Positions 1 to 9,361 of a DNA stretch of 64,000 nucleotides are shown one piece after another (position 1 is the stretch's first letter; each line of letters opens with the position of its first letter). The DNA is from Alphaproteobacteria bacterium. Lineage in GTDB: Bacteria; Pseudomonadota; Alphaproteobacteria; GCA-2731375. The DNA lies in contig CBDDPY010000002.1 of assembly GCA_965232515.1 (NCBI GenBank), positions 4,000,001 through 4,064,000 on the forward strand, written 5' to 3'. The notes under the pieces are model-generated. The model saw only the letters and a list, made by a program, of their open reading frames with translations. It searched no databases and had not been told where the DNA came from. The translations under genes were made by a program, and so were the position numbers.

Positions 1-709
1 TGTCAACCTGCTGTCGACCGGCGCGGCCAAACGACAGATCCTCGAACCCGCGAGCCCGGAACGCCTTACCCTGCTGGAGGCAGTCCGCGCCTACCGGCGC
101 TGGCTCGGACGCCGGCAGGGACCGGTGGTCGGCGTTCCGAACTGGTGCGTAACGGCCCTGGCGCGCCTGGGCGATATCGTCAAGCTCGATCCCATTACGA
201 CCACGGCAATTGCGCAGTTCAGGGCAAGGCTGACGGGCGACGCCGCCGGTTTCGAGGCGGCGACTGGCGTCTGCGCCCGCGGCCTGCAAGCCGTCTTGGC
301 GGACCGGCCCGCCGAATCCCAGGATCTCTGGCACGCGCGCCTCTACCTCGTCCGGCCGATCGTCCGCTTCACGTTGGCCGTGCTGTGGCTGGTCTCGGGC
401 CTGCTCGGCCTGTTCGCAGATCCCGCGCGCTACGTCGCGATATTCGCGCCGATCACCGAGAACCAGACGTTCGCAACGGCGCTCGCCGTTTTGACGAGCC
501 TGATCGATCTGGCCATCGCCGCCGCCCTGTTGCTCGGCTGGCGGTTGAAGGCGGTCGCCGACGTTCAGCTGGTCGTCGTTCTCGGCTACACGGCGGCGCT
601 CAGTCTGCTGTCGCCGGCCCTTTGGGGCGATCTGTTCGGCGGCCTGCTGAAGAACCTGCCGATCATTGCCTTGATCCTGGTGCACCGGATACTGGAAGAA
701 GAGCGGTGA
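1..709 (+). CDS. SDR/NAD-dependent epimerase fused to a DoxX-like membrane domain (5'-partial)
   Basis: Frame is open from base 2 (VNLLSTGAAKRQILEP...). C-terminal hydrophobic helices end in LWGDLFGGLLKNLP. Coupled to a DUF2269 gene, the usual arrangement. Confidence 0.75.
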   Translation, partial: VNLLSTGAAKRQILEPASPERLTLLEAVRAYRRWLGRRQGPVVGVPNWCVTALARLGDIVKLDPITTTAIAQFRARLTGDAAGFEAATGVCARGLQAVLADRPAESQDLWHARLYLVRPIVRFTLAVLWLVSGLLGLFADPARYVAIFAPITENQTFATALAVLTSLIDLAIAAALLLGWRLKAVADVQLVVVLGYTAALSLLSPALWGDLFGGLLKNLPIIALILVHRILEEER

Positions 710-1182
710 GCGATCCGTACCTCTGGATCAGATGGGTGCATATCCTGAGCGCGACCGTTCTGTTCGGCACCGGCCTCGGCACCGCCTTCCATATGTTCGC
801 GACGCACCTGCGCGGCGACGTCAATGCCATCGCCGCGACGACCCGAAACACGGTCCTCGCCGACTGGCTGTTCACCGCCGTCGCCGGCGTCGTGCAGCCG
901 CTTACCGGCCTGCTCATGGTCTATCTCGCCGGCTACGACCCGTTCGAAAGCTGGCTGGTCGCGACCTATGCGCTCTATGTCGTCGCCGGGATTTGCTGGC
1001 TGAAGGTCGTGCAGCTGCAATATCGCATGCGCCGCCTTGCCGTTCGTGCGGCCGAGAATGGCGATGCCCTGCCGCCCCAATATCACGACGCCATGCGCCT
1101 CTGGTTCATCCTCGGCTGGCCGGCGTTCGTCAGTCTCGTGATCGTCTTCGCGCTGATGGTGATGCGCCCCGAAATCTGGTGA
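706..1182 (+). CDS. DUF2269 family integral membrane protein
   Basis: GTGA overlap with the upstream stop. Motifs HILSATVLFGTGLGTAF, DWLFT, QPLTG and WFILGWPAF...LMVMRP. Confidence 0.85.
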   Translation: MSDPYLWIRWVHILSATVLFGTGLGTAFHMFATHLRGDVNAIAATTRNTVLADWLFTAVAGVVQPLTGLLMVYLAGYDPFESWLVATYALYVVAGICWLKVVQLQYRMRRLAVRAAENGDALPPQYHDAMRLWFILGWPAFVSLVIVFALMVMRPEIW

Positions 1183-1195
1183 GGCCGGCGGCACG

Positions 1196-1780
1196 TCAGT
1201 CGGCCGAAGGTGGATTGGCCGGCGATATGCCGGCTGCCGCGGCCTCGAACACGCTGGTGTCGTCGAGGGAGCGGGCCATCAGCATGGCGCCTTCGAGCAC
1301 GGCGATGATGCGGATCGCGGCCGCCCGGCTTTCGTCCGGCGATCGCTTTGATTCAGCGCGCGCGAAGACCCGTACCAGCCAGTCGATGTTGCGGCCGAAG
1401 AACAGCTTGGCCTCGGCGGCGACGGACGGCGGCAGGTATGCGACCTCGGCGCCGAACATGCCGCAGAGGCACATCAGCCCCTCGTCGACCAGCGAGCTGC
1501 GATAGGCGTCGACATATCGGCGGAGCAACTCGTTGGGCGCCATCGACGGGTCGTCGGGATCGCCGAGCCCGTCCAGAAAACGTTCCGTGTAGCGTCGGGC
1601 GAGCGCCACGCCCAGATCGTCCTTGCCCGGGAAATGGTAGTGGACGCTCGCCGCCTTGATGCCGACCTGCTTGGCGATCTCGCGGAAGCTGAAGCCGTTA
1701 TACCCCCCGGTCCGGGCCATGCGCTCGGCCACGTCTAGGATCTCGTCCGCTTTTGCTGATCGTACGGGCATCGTCCGCAT
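1196..1780 (-). CDS. TetR/AcrR family regulator (NemR-like)
   Basis: HTH GYNGFSFREIAKQVGIKAASVHYHFPGKDDL and a CLCG motif. Start is 1780 or 1771. Confidence 0.9.
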   Translation of the reverse strand: MRTMPVRSAKADEILDVAERMARTGGYNGFSFREIAKQVGIKAASVHYHFPGKDDLGVALARRYTERFLDGLGDPDDPSMAPNELLRRYVDAYRSSLVDEGLMCLCGMFGAEVAYLPPSVAAEAKLFFGRNIDWLVRVFARAESKRSPDESRAAAIRIIAVLEGAMLMARSLDDTSVFEAAAAGISPANPPSAD

Positions 1781-1790
1781 CCAGATTCTT

Positions 1791-1865
1791 TCTACCACAC
1801 GTTAGATAGGGGTTGACCTCGGCCGGAGCAATGCCATATCGGCGTTATCTACCTATCGTTAGATA
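1791..1865. promoter_or_regulatory. Two imperfect palindromic TetR operators TCTACC-N4-GTTAGATA
   Basis: Copies at 1791-1808 and 1848-1865 in the divergent tetR/SDR spacer, with TTGACC at 1813 between them. Confidence 0.65.
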
Positions 1866-1881
1866 AATTAGGAGAACGATC

Positions 1882-2658
1882 ATGACCACCACGCCCAACA
1901 GCGTCGCCCTCGTTGTCGGCGGTTCCAGCGGCATGGGCCTGGAAACGGCCCGCCTGCTGCGCGCACGCGGCCTCGACCTGATCCTGCTGTCGTCCAATGT
2001 CGAAAAGCTCGAGGCGGCCCGCGCCGATCTTGCGGCCCAACCCGGCGGCGCCATCGACATCGAGGCCGTCGACCTCTACGACCAACCCGCCGTCGGCGCC
2101 TTCATCGCCCGGCTCGATGCCGAGCCCCGGCACGTCACGCATCTGGTGAACGCCGCCGGTACTTTCAAACCGACGCCGTTCCTCGAACACACGCCGACCG
2201 ACTACGACGCCTATCTCGGCCTCAACCGTGCGCTGTTCTTCATCACCCAGGCCGTCGCCCGCAACATGGCCAGACACGGCGGCGGCGGCATCGTCAACAT
2301 CGGCTCGATGTGGGCGCAGCAGGCGATCAAAGCGACGCCCTCGTCCGCGTATTCCATGGCCAAGGCCGGCCTGCACGCGCTGACCCAGCACCTCGCCATG
2401 GAGCTGGCCGACAACGGCATTCGCGTGAACGCGGTCTCGCCGGCGGTCGTCGTCACGCCGATCTACGGCGCCTTCATCGACCCGGCCGAGATCGAGGACA
2501 CGCTGACATCGGGCTTCGGCGCGTTCCACCCGATCGGCCGCGTCGGCCGGCCGGAAGAGATCGCCAAAACCGTCGACTTCCTGCTGTCGGACGACGCGGG
2601 CTGGGTCACCGGCGCCGTCTGGGACATCGACGGCGGCGTCATGGCCGGCCGCAACTGA
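1882..2658 (+). CDS. SDR family NAD(P)-dependent oxidoreductase
   Basis: GGSSGMG, NAAG and YSMAK motifs; AGGAG RBS. Confidence 0.95.
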   Translation: MTTTPNSVALVVGGSSGMGLETARLLRARGLDLILLSSNVEKLEAARADLAAQPGGAIDIEAVDLYDQPAVGAFIARLDAEPRHVTHLVNAAGTFKPTPFLEHTPTDYDAYLGLNRALFFITQAVARNMARHGGGGIVNIGSMWAQQAIKATPSSAYSMAKAGLHALTQHLAMELADNGIRVNAVSPAVVVTPIYGAFIDPAEIEDTLTSGFGAFHPIGRVGRPEEIAKTVDFLLSDDAGWVTGAVWDIDGGVMAGRN

Positions 2659-2822
2659 CACGGCCGCGGCCAGATCCGGATCGAGATTGTCCACCGGTCT
2701 CGGGCGACCTCGATCCGGCTGCCGGCCGGTCGTTGATATCGATCATGGGCGGAATCCCGTTCGCGGCTAGGGTCGGCCCGGCGGTCGCGGATCGGCGGTC
2801 GCGGCGAACAGGGGTCGAGGTC

Positions 2823-3323
2823 ATGGTCGCGAAGACGAAGGCGGAGCTCATTGCCGTCGCCGAGAAGGAATTCGACAAGCTGCAGACGCTGCTGGCCGAC
2901 ATCGACCGGGACCTGGCCCAGACGCCGCACCCCGACGACGGCATCTCGGTCAAGGACACGCTGGCGCATCGCGCCCACTGGATCGACCTGTTCTTCGGCT
3001 GGTACGAAAACGGCGTCGCCGGCAAGCCCGTGCACGTGCCGGCAGAGGGCTACAACTGGAGCCAGCTCAAAGCCTACAACGCCAAGGTGCGCGAGCAAAC
3101 GGCGGGCCTGTCGTGGGACGAGGCCAAGACCCGGCTCGCGGCGGGTCACGAACGGCTGATGCATTTCATCGCCGATCGCGGCGACGACGACCTCTACGGC
3201 CCGCGAAAATACGACTGGCAGGGCAACTATAAACTCGGCCGCTGGGCGGAATCGGCCGGTCCCAGCCATTACCGCTCGGCCGCCAAGTATATCCGCGAGA
3301 TCAAACGTAAACTGGCCGACTGA
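2823..3323 (+). CDS. ClbS/DfsB (DUF1706) four-helix-bundle protein
   Basis: KTKAELI, SVKDTLAHRAHW, PAEGYNWSQL and SHYRSAAK match the family pattern; GAGG RBS. Confidence 0.8.
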   Translation: MVAKTKAELIAVAEKEFDKLQTLLADIDRDLAQTPHPDDGISVKDTLAHRAHWIDLFFGWYENGVAGKPVHVPAEGYNWSQLKAYNAKVREQTAGLSWDEAKTRLAAGHERLMHFIADRGDDDLYGPRKYDWQGNYKLGRWAESAGPSHYRSAAKYIREIKRKLAD

Positions 3324-4572
3324 CGTCCAGGATCAGATCGGCAGCGGCCACGGCGCCGGCTTCCGATCGCAACCGTTCGCTCAGCGCTTGCGCCTTTTCC
3401 TGAAGAGACGTCGACTGTAGGGCCTGCAGCGCCGCTGAAAATCCGTCCACGTCCAGGCGTTTCAGCGGAATTGGCGCGGGCCCCACGCCCAGCCGTTCGA
3501 CGGCCCGACCCCAGAACGGCTGATCGCCGAAGACCGGACAGACCAGCGTCGGCCGGCCCCAGCGCACGCCCTCGTGCGTCGTGCCGGCGCCGCCGTGATG
3601 GACGACGGCGCGGCAGCGCGGAAACAACCAGTCGTGCGGCGCCCCGTCGATAACATGAATGTCGCCGCCGGCGGCCACGCCCGACAGCGCGCCCCAGCCC
3701 TTCGCGACAATGGCTCGCGTCTTGGTTTGCCGCAACGCCGTCATCACCACCGACGCCGTGCGTTCGCCGTCGACCGACGGCATGCTGCCGAAACCCACAT
3801 AGACCGGCGGCAGCCCCGAGCCGAGAAAGGCCGCGAGGTCTGCCGGCGGGTCCCAGTCGGCCGTCGGCCCGTGGAACCAATAGCCCGTCACATGCTCGTC
3901 CGCGCCCCAGTCCGCCGGCTTCGGCACGATATGGCGGCTGTGGCCATGCAGGCGCGGGACCGCGCGCGCGTTCGGGTGATAGCCGCGCAACGGGTCAAGA
4001 CCGGGACGCGCCGGCACGTCCGGATGCCGCGGCAGCCACTTGCGAAGGATCGCGCGATAACCGAGGCGCATCAGCCCCGTCATCGCCCGGCCCGACAGCC
4101 GGTTGCCGAGCCGCCCGAGATCGGGCAGCGGCACGATCGGGTTCGGGAAGGCGCCGGTCGGAACGAACGCCGGCTGCAGGAATGCCGGCACGGCGACGGC
4201 GCCGAGCTTACGCGCGAACCAAGGCGCGGCGAATGCCTTCATGTTGTAGACGATGATCTGCGGCGCCGCTTGGCGGGCCACATCCCACATCTCGTCGAGC
4301 TGACGCTGCATCAGCGCCTGGCTCGACCGGAACGCCGTCAGCCACCCGCGCGGGGACGTCAGTGCCGCCTTGACCTCGGGCGAGTCGACCATCGCCTGCA
4401 TGTCGATCGACAGCGGCGCCGGCGTCAGCCCCTGTGCCGCGATCAGATCGTCGAACCCCTGTCCGGTCGACAGCGTGACGGCGTGCCCCCGCGCCGTCAG
4501 CGCCGCGCCCAACGCCACGAAGGGCTGCACGTCGCCCCGCGACCCGAATGTCAGGATCAGAATGTTCGCCAC
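3301..4572 (-). CDS. GT-B glycosyltransferase (sterol 3-beta-glucosyltransferase-like)
   Basis: GSRGDVQP, YVGFGSM, HHGGAGTT and FGDQPFWG motifs. Confidence 0.9.
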   Translation of the reverse strand: MANILILTFGSRGDVQPFVALGAALTARGHAVTLSTGQGFDDLIAAQGLTPAPLSIDMQAMVDSPEVKAALTSPRGWLTAFRSSQALMQRQLDEMWDVARQAAPQIIVYNMKAFAAPWFARKLGAVAVPAFLQPAFVPTGAFPNPIVPLPDLGRLGNRLSGRAMTGLMRLGYRAILRKWLPRHPDVPARPGLDPLRGYHPNARAVPRLHGHSRHIVPKPADWGADEHVTGYWFHGPTADWDPPADLAAFLGSGLPPVYVGFGSMPSVDGERTASVVMTALRQTKTRAIVAKGWGALSGVAAGGDIHVIDGAPHDWLFPRCRAVVHHGGAGTTHEGVRWGRPTLVCPVFGDQPFWGRAVERLGVGPAPIPLKRLDVDGFSAALQALQSTSLQEKAQALSERLRSEAGAVAAADLILDVSRPVYV

Positions 4573-4594
4573 CGGGTACTCGGCTTTCGTCTCG

Positions 4595-5230
4595 TCAGTC
4601 GACGGCGCGGCCGCGCCAGGGGATCAACGCCGGCACGCGGGCGCGATAGGCGCGGTAGCGCGCGCCGTGCAGGCGGATCAGGTCCCGCTCCTCGAACCAG
4701 AGGCCGATGACGATATAGAGGCTGGCCCAAACGGCGAGCGCCAACCGCTCCTCGTCATCGACGATGCCCCAGAGGATCAGCACGAGACCGAAATAGAGCG
4801 GGTGCCGGACATAGCGGTGCAGGCCGTCAAGGCGCAGCGGCTCGTCCTCCGGCTCCGCGATCCCCCGCCGCCGGTTGCGCAACTGCCGGAGTCCCGTGAA
4901 GCGGTCGAGGTCGTAGCCGCGTCCCACCACGATCAGCACGCCGAACCCCGCCAGCACCACGGCCCAGCGCAGCACGTCAACCGCCAGCGGCCAGTCCCAA
5001 TGCGCGCCATGCCGGAACAGCACCTCGCCGGCGCCGATCACCACGCCGAACGTCGCAACTGCAAACACGCCGTACGCAAACCGATAGCCCGCCCCGAACA
5101 GCGGCCGCAGCCGCCGCTTGACCAACTCGCGCGCCAGCAGCGAGTGCAAAACCCCGAACCCGATCCAGACCAGCCCGTAGATCAGATGTGCTTCGAGACT
5201 TGCTGCCACGAACCTGTCAGTAGCATCCAT
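4595..5230 (-). CDS. NnrU/ICMT-like membrane methyltransferase family protein
   Basis: HSLLA, GLHRYVRHPLYFG and EERDL...Y..YRARVP motifs. Confidence 0.8.
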   Translation of the reverse strand: MDATDRFVAASLEAHLIYGLVWIGFGVLHSLLARELVKRRLRPLFGAGYRFAYGVFAVATFGVVIGAGEVLFRHGAHWDWPLAVDVLRWAVVLAGFGVLIVVGRGYDLDRFTGLRQLRNRRRGIAEPEDEPLRLDGLHRYVRHPLYFGLVLILWGIVDDEERLALAVWASLYIVIGLWFEERDLIRLHGARYRAYRARVPALIPWRGRAVD

Positions 5231-5310
5231 ACTTCGCTCATCGTCGAAACAAACATTGGTGACCCGATGATAACGTCACCGCCACAGGCTAACAGGAAAG
5301 GGCAACGCAG

Positions 5311-5640
5311 ATGGAAGACGTCTCATTTACACTGCGGGCGCTGAACGACGGATTTGTCGTGGCGATCAACATCGAAGCGAAGCAGGACGAGGCCGACAAG
5401 GTAGCGGAGATCTTGCAGGGACTGGTGGCCCCGACCATGGCCGAACCCGGCGTCAAGCTGTTCCTGCCCTACCGCTCGCCGACCGACCCGGCGTCGTTCT
5501 TCATCTTCGAACTCTACGAAAACGAGACGGCCTGGAACGCGCACCAGGAAACAAACCATTTCAAGGAGGCCATCGAGGACCTCGTGCCCCGCGCCGCCCA
5601 CCGCGAACGCGTGCCGTTCGTTCCCTTCACGTCGGCCTAG
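5311..5640 (+). CDS. Antibiotic-biosynthesis-monooxygenase (ABM) family protein
   Basis: EPGV, FFIFELY and AHQETNHF motifs; 109 aa. Confidence 0.85.
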   Translation: MEDVSFTLRALNDGFVVAINIEAKQDEADKVAEILQGLVAPTMAEPGVKLFLPYRSPTDPASFFIFELYENETAWNAHQETNHFKEAIEDLVPRAAHRERVPFVPFTSA

Positions 5641-5801
5641 GCCGCGGCGAAAGCTCAAAAACCAACGCATCGACCTCCGATCCGCCCACAGCGCAATTGA
5701 TCTGGCGCCGCGCAAGCGTTATGCACGGCGCCGGGTCATCTTTCGTCCGGCCGCCGCGCGGGCCGCGCCGTTGCCTGCAACCCCACATCGGGAGCTGTGA
5801 G

Positions 5802-6392
5802 ATGGACCAGACCAAGACCACCGACATCGTTATCCGCGCCGCGCGGCGCGCCGACGCGCGCGACATCGCCGAGCTGTTTCTGATTTCGTCGGACGGCCTC
5901 GCCACCTATATCTGGAGCCGCCTCGCCGAGCCGGGCCAGTCGCTGGAGGACGTCGGCGCCGCCCGCTACGCCCGCGACGGCGTCGCGTTTTCCTATCAGA
6001 ACTGCGAGGTCATGGAGTCCGACGGCGACGTCATCGCCATGGCGCACGCCTTTGTCATGGACCCGCGCGCGCCCGACGACGTCGAGGACGACCCGGTGCT
6101 CAAGCCCTATGCCGAGCTCGAGGATCCCGACAGCCTCTATCTATCGGGCCTGGCCGTGCGGCCGGAATTCCAGGGCCAGGGCCTCGGCAGCCAATTGCTG
6201 TACCGGGTGCACGACAACGCGGCAATGCTCGGCTGTCCGCGCGTCAGCCTGATCTGCTTCGAGCGCAACGAGGGCGCGTACCGGCTCTACCGGCGCGAAG
6301 GCTACACCGAGCTCGCCCGCCGCCCCCTCGTGCCGCACCCCAGCCTGCACTTCACCGACGGCGACATCCTACTGCTGGCGAAAACGCTTTAG
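5802..6392 (+). CDS. GNAT family N-acetyltransferase
   Basis: LAVRPEFQGQGLGSQLL acetyl-CoA loop, NEGAYRLY; GGAG RBS before ATG 5802. Confidence 0.9.
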   Translation: MDQTKTTDIVIRAARRADARDIAELFLISSDGLATYIWSRLAEPGQSLEDVGAARYARDGVAFSYQNCEVMESDGDVIAMAHAFVMDPRAPDDVEDDPVLKPYAELEDPDSLYLSGLAVRPEFQGQGLGSQLLYRVHDNAAMLGCPRVSLICFERNEGAYRLYRREGYTELARRPLVPHPSLHFTDGDILLLAKTL

Positions 6393-6413
6393 GCCGCGAC
6401 GGGATAACCGGCG

Positions 6414-7244
6414 TCAGACGGCCGCCGCCGCGTCGATCAACGCGCGGACAATGGGGCGGCGGTCCAACGACCGCCAGGCCAGGCTGGTTTCCATTGTGCC
6501 GAGCGCCTGCGCCTCGGCCGGATTCCCGAGCGCCGCCGTGGCGGCATGCGGGAAGCCGGCGGGCGCGACGAAATCGCCGTAACCGGCCTGCGACAAAACG
6601 ATGGCGCCGAGCACGGTGTCCGCCTCGACCGGCACGCCGCGGCCCGCGTCTTCACGGCCGAGCCGCCCCATCAGCACCGGCGCTTCGGCCCGCGGATAGT
6701 GGACCAGCGACGTCTCGCCGTCCTCGGGCCCGGCGTTGCTGCGCAGCAGCGGGCGGCTCGCCAGCAGCCGCTCCGACAGGCCGGCGCCGTGCAGCGGCGG
6801 ATGCACGAAGGCGGCGTCGATTTCGCGCTGTTCCAGCTTGGCCTCGAGCAGGGCCGTCGTGCTCTCGATCAGCCGGACGCGCGCCATGGGATGGGCCCGG
6901 CGAAAGGCGGCGAGGCATCCGGCCACGACCTGATAGGCCGCCACCTGGGTCATGCCGATCCGCAAGGTCTGGCCGTAACCCTGGCGCGCGCCCCGCACGG
7001 CGTCGGCCGTTTCGTCGGCCGCGTCCAGCACCCGGCGCGCACCCTCGACGAAGGCGAGCCCCGCCGCCGTCGGCTCGACCCCGCCCCGGCCGCGCTCGAA
7101 CAGCCGGGCGTCCAGCGCCGCTTCGATCCGGCGCAGGCGCGAGGTCAGCGCCGGCTGCGTGACGCCCAGACGGCGCGCCGCGCGGCCGAAATGCCGCTCC
7201 TCGAACAGCGCGATGACACAGCGATAGTCCTGAAGCGCCAGCAT
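6414..7244 (-). CDS. LysR family regulator (short effector domain)
   Basis: HFGRAARRLGVTQPALTSRLRRIE HTH. Confidence 0.9.
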   Translation of the reverse strand: MLALQDYRCVIALFEERHFGRAARRLGVTQPALTSRLRRIEAALDARLFERGRGGVEPTAAGLAFVEGARRVLDAADETADAVRGARQGYGQTLRIGMTQVAAYQVVAGCLAAFRRAHPMARVRLIESTTALLEAKLEQREIDAAFVHPPLHGAGLSERLLASRPLLRSNAGPEDGETSLVHYPRAEAPVLMGRLGREDAGRGVPVEADTVLGAIVLSQAGYGDFVAPAGFPHAATAALGNPAEAQALGTMETSLAWRSLDRRPIVRALIDAAAAV

Positions 7245-7245
7245 C

Positions 7246-7268
7246 TTCGATAACCATCGTTTATCGAA
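7246..7268. promoter_or_regulatory. LysR-type operator TTCGATAA-N7-TTATCGAA
   Basis: Perfect 8-bp inverted repeat containing T-N11-A, directly upstream of the lysR start. Confidence 0.7.
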
Positions 7269-7345
7269 CTTATCGTTCAGTAATCTGGAAGTCCTGTCAT
7301 CGCAACCGACTTCTTCGGCATCGAACCGCTCTCGGGGAAGTCACC

Positions 7346-8257
7346 ATGAAATCAGGATCATTGCATCTCGCCGCCCTGGCGTTATGCGTCATCGCGCCTT
7401 CGTTCGTGCAGACCGCGTTTGCCGAAACCAAGCCCGACGACATCAAGCACCTCTCGACGGTCTTCGACCGGCCGGCCGCGCTGGAAGACTGGCGGGAGCA
7501 CGCCGTTCCCGGATTCTCGAAGAAGTGGGCGGCCCCTGCTGTCGAGGACGGCAAGCTCGTCCTGCGCCCGACATCGTCGGGCTGGTTCGAGGATATGCAG
7601 GCAGGCCATCTCTACCGCCCTGTCGACGGCAACTTCGTCGTCACCGCCCGGCTCAAGGTCGAAGGCACCGAGGTGCAGCTGCCGCAGACGCTGTTTTCGC
7701 TCGCCGGCCTGTTCATCCGCGCGCCGCGCGACGGCCTGACCGCCGAGACCTGGCGGCCTGGCGGCGAGAACTGGATGTTCTTCTCCGTCGGCACGGCGAC
7801 GCCGGCCGGCACGCCGCAGTTCGAGATCAAGACGACCTACAACTCGCTCTCGACGCTGAAGATCGCGGATGCGTCCGCCGCCTATGCGAACGGCGAGACG
7901 CGCTGGGTCGATCTGCGCATCGCCCGCCAGGGCGAGCTGTTCTCGCTGCTCTACCGCATCGACGGTGAGGCCGCCTTCACGCTGCACGACCAGTTCATCC
8001 GCCCGGATCTGCCCGCGCGCCTCAATGTCGGCGTCACCGCCTATGCCGACTGGGGGTCGGCCGCGCCGATCTATCCGGACTTCGCCCGCTACAACACCGA
8101 AGCGCCGGCCATGAATGCCGACCTCGTCGCCGTCGTCGAACGGATCGACTTCCGCCGGCCCACGGTTGACCGGTTTCCGGTCGCGTCCTTCGACGTGGAA
8201 GCCTCTCCCAATCCGGATCTCAGCCAGGCCCGCATCGACGACCTGATCAGGAACTGA
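7346..8257 (+). CDS. Secreted beta-sandwich (ConA/DUF1349-like) protein
   Basis: Signal peptide ending AFA; LYRPVDGNFVVTARL...AGLFIR...LRIARQG beta-rich pattern. Confidence 0.6.
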   Translation: MKSGSLHLAALALCVIAPSFVQTAFAETKPDDIKHLSTVFDRPAALEDWREHAVPGFSKKWAAPAVEDGKLVLRPTSSGWFEDMQAGHLYRPVDGNFVVTARLKVEGTEVQLPQTLFSLAGLFIRAPRDGLTAETWRPGGENWMFFSVGTATPAGTPQFEIKTTYNSLSTLKIADASAAYANGETRWVDLRIARQGELFSLLYRIDGEAAFTLHDQFIRPDLPARLNVGVTAYADWGSAAPIYPDFARYNTEAPAMNADLVAVVERIDFRRPTVDRFPVASFDVEASPNPDLSQARIDDLIRN

Positions 8258-8258
8258 C

Positions 8259-8795
8259 GTGGCGCACGCCATGCTTCTCGGAGCTGTGATCCTCACGTTC
8301 GGCATCTTATCGGCCGCCGCGCTGCTGACAGCCTCGGCGCAGGAAAGAGACCTCGCCGCGCCGGCGATCCAGGCCTACGGCCTGGATCTCGTCGCCTACG
8401 CCACGGTCCGTCGCAACGACGGCACCTACCGGCGCATGCTGATCGCGTCCGATGCGCTCAGGTCCATCACCCCGGACACGTCGCTGCCCGACGGCACCCG
8501 CATTTTGATGGAGACGTACTACCGCCCCGATCAGGTCGGCACGGTGTTTCACAAGCAGAAGGTCCGCGGCAAATGGCAGTACGGCTCGTTTTCCGCCACC
8601 CAGCCCGATCTGACGGTGCAGCCCCGGGCCTCCTGCCTGTCCTGCCACGCCGGCGCGGCGCGGACCGACTTCACCTTCACCCTGCCCAGCATCCGCGCCG
8701 TCGCCGCGGGCGCTGAACCATCGGACTTCACCTGCGACCGCGGCGGCCGCTCGCCCTGCGGCGCCGGCACCTACCGCGACGGCGCCGCGCGGTGA
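8259..8795 (+). CDS. Cytochrome P460/c'-beta-like heme protein
   Basis: Signal peptide, LPDGTRILMETY, WQYGSF, and CLSCH followed by DFTF. Confidence 0.7.
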   Translation: MAHAMLLGAVILTFGILSAAALLTASAQERDLAAPAIQAYGLDLVAYATVRRNDGTYRRMLIASDALRSITPDTSLPDGTRILMETYYRPDQVGTVFHKQKVRGKWQYGSFSATQPDLTVQPRASCLSCHAGAARTDFTFTLPSIRAVAAGAEPSDFTCDRGGRSPCGAGTYRDGAAR

Positions 8796-9361
8796 GCGCA
8801 GGCCCAGCCGCCTATGCGCGTCCCCTGCGCCTGCTGCATTGGACGACCGCGCTGCTGGTCGCCGCACAGGCCGGCCTGGCGCTGACCAACGCGCTGGTCT
8901 ACGAACGGCGGCCGGTGCTGGCCGAGACGGTCGTACAGGCGCATCTGTCCCTCGGCGTGCTGATCTTCGGCCTCACCCTGCTGCGTCTCGCTGTGCGCGC
9001 CGCGATGGTCTCTCCCGCCATGCCGGGCGACATGGCGCCGCCCATGTGGCTAGCTGCGCGCACCGTCCATGCCGCGCTCTACGTCCTGCTGCTGGTCCTG
9101 CCGCTCTCGGGCTACGTCAAGCTGGCCGCGCTCGGCTTCGAGATCGTGGTATTCGGCCTGCTGCCGCTGCCAGCCTTGCCGGTCGACCCGGACCTCGCCG
9201 CGCTGGCCCGGTCGATGCATACCGGCGCCGCCATCGCGCTCGGCGTGCTGCTGACCGGGCATATCGGCGCCGCCGTCTTTCACAAGCTCCTGATGGGCGC
9301 GCCGGTGCTGCAGCGGATGTATCCGACCTGCTACCGGTACGGATCGTCGGCCGCCAGATAG
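8792..9361 (+). CDS. Cytochrome b561
   Basis: LHWTTA, HLSLG, HAALY..LPLSG and HIGAA heme-ligand histidines. Confidence 0.9.
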   Translation: MSAGPAAYARPLRLLHWTTALLVAAQAGLALTNALVYERRPVLAETVVQAHLSLGVLIFGLTLLRLAVRAAMVSPAMPGDMAPPMWLAARTVHAALYVLLLVLPLSGYVKLAALGFEIVVFGLLPLPALPVDPDLAALARSMHTGAAIALGVLLTGHIGAAVFHKLLMGAPVLQRMYPTCYRYGSSAAR

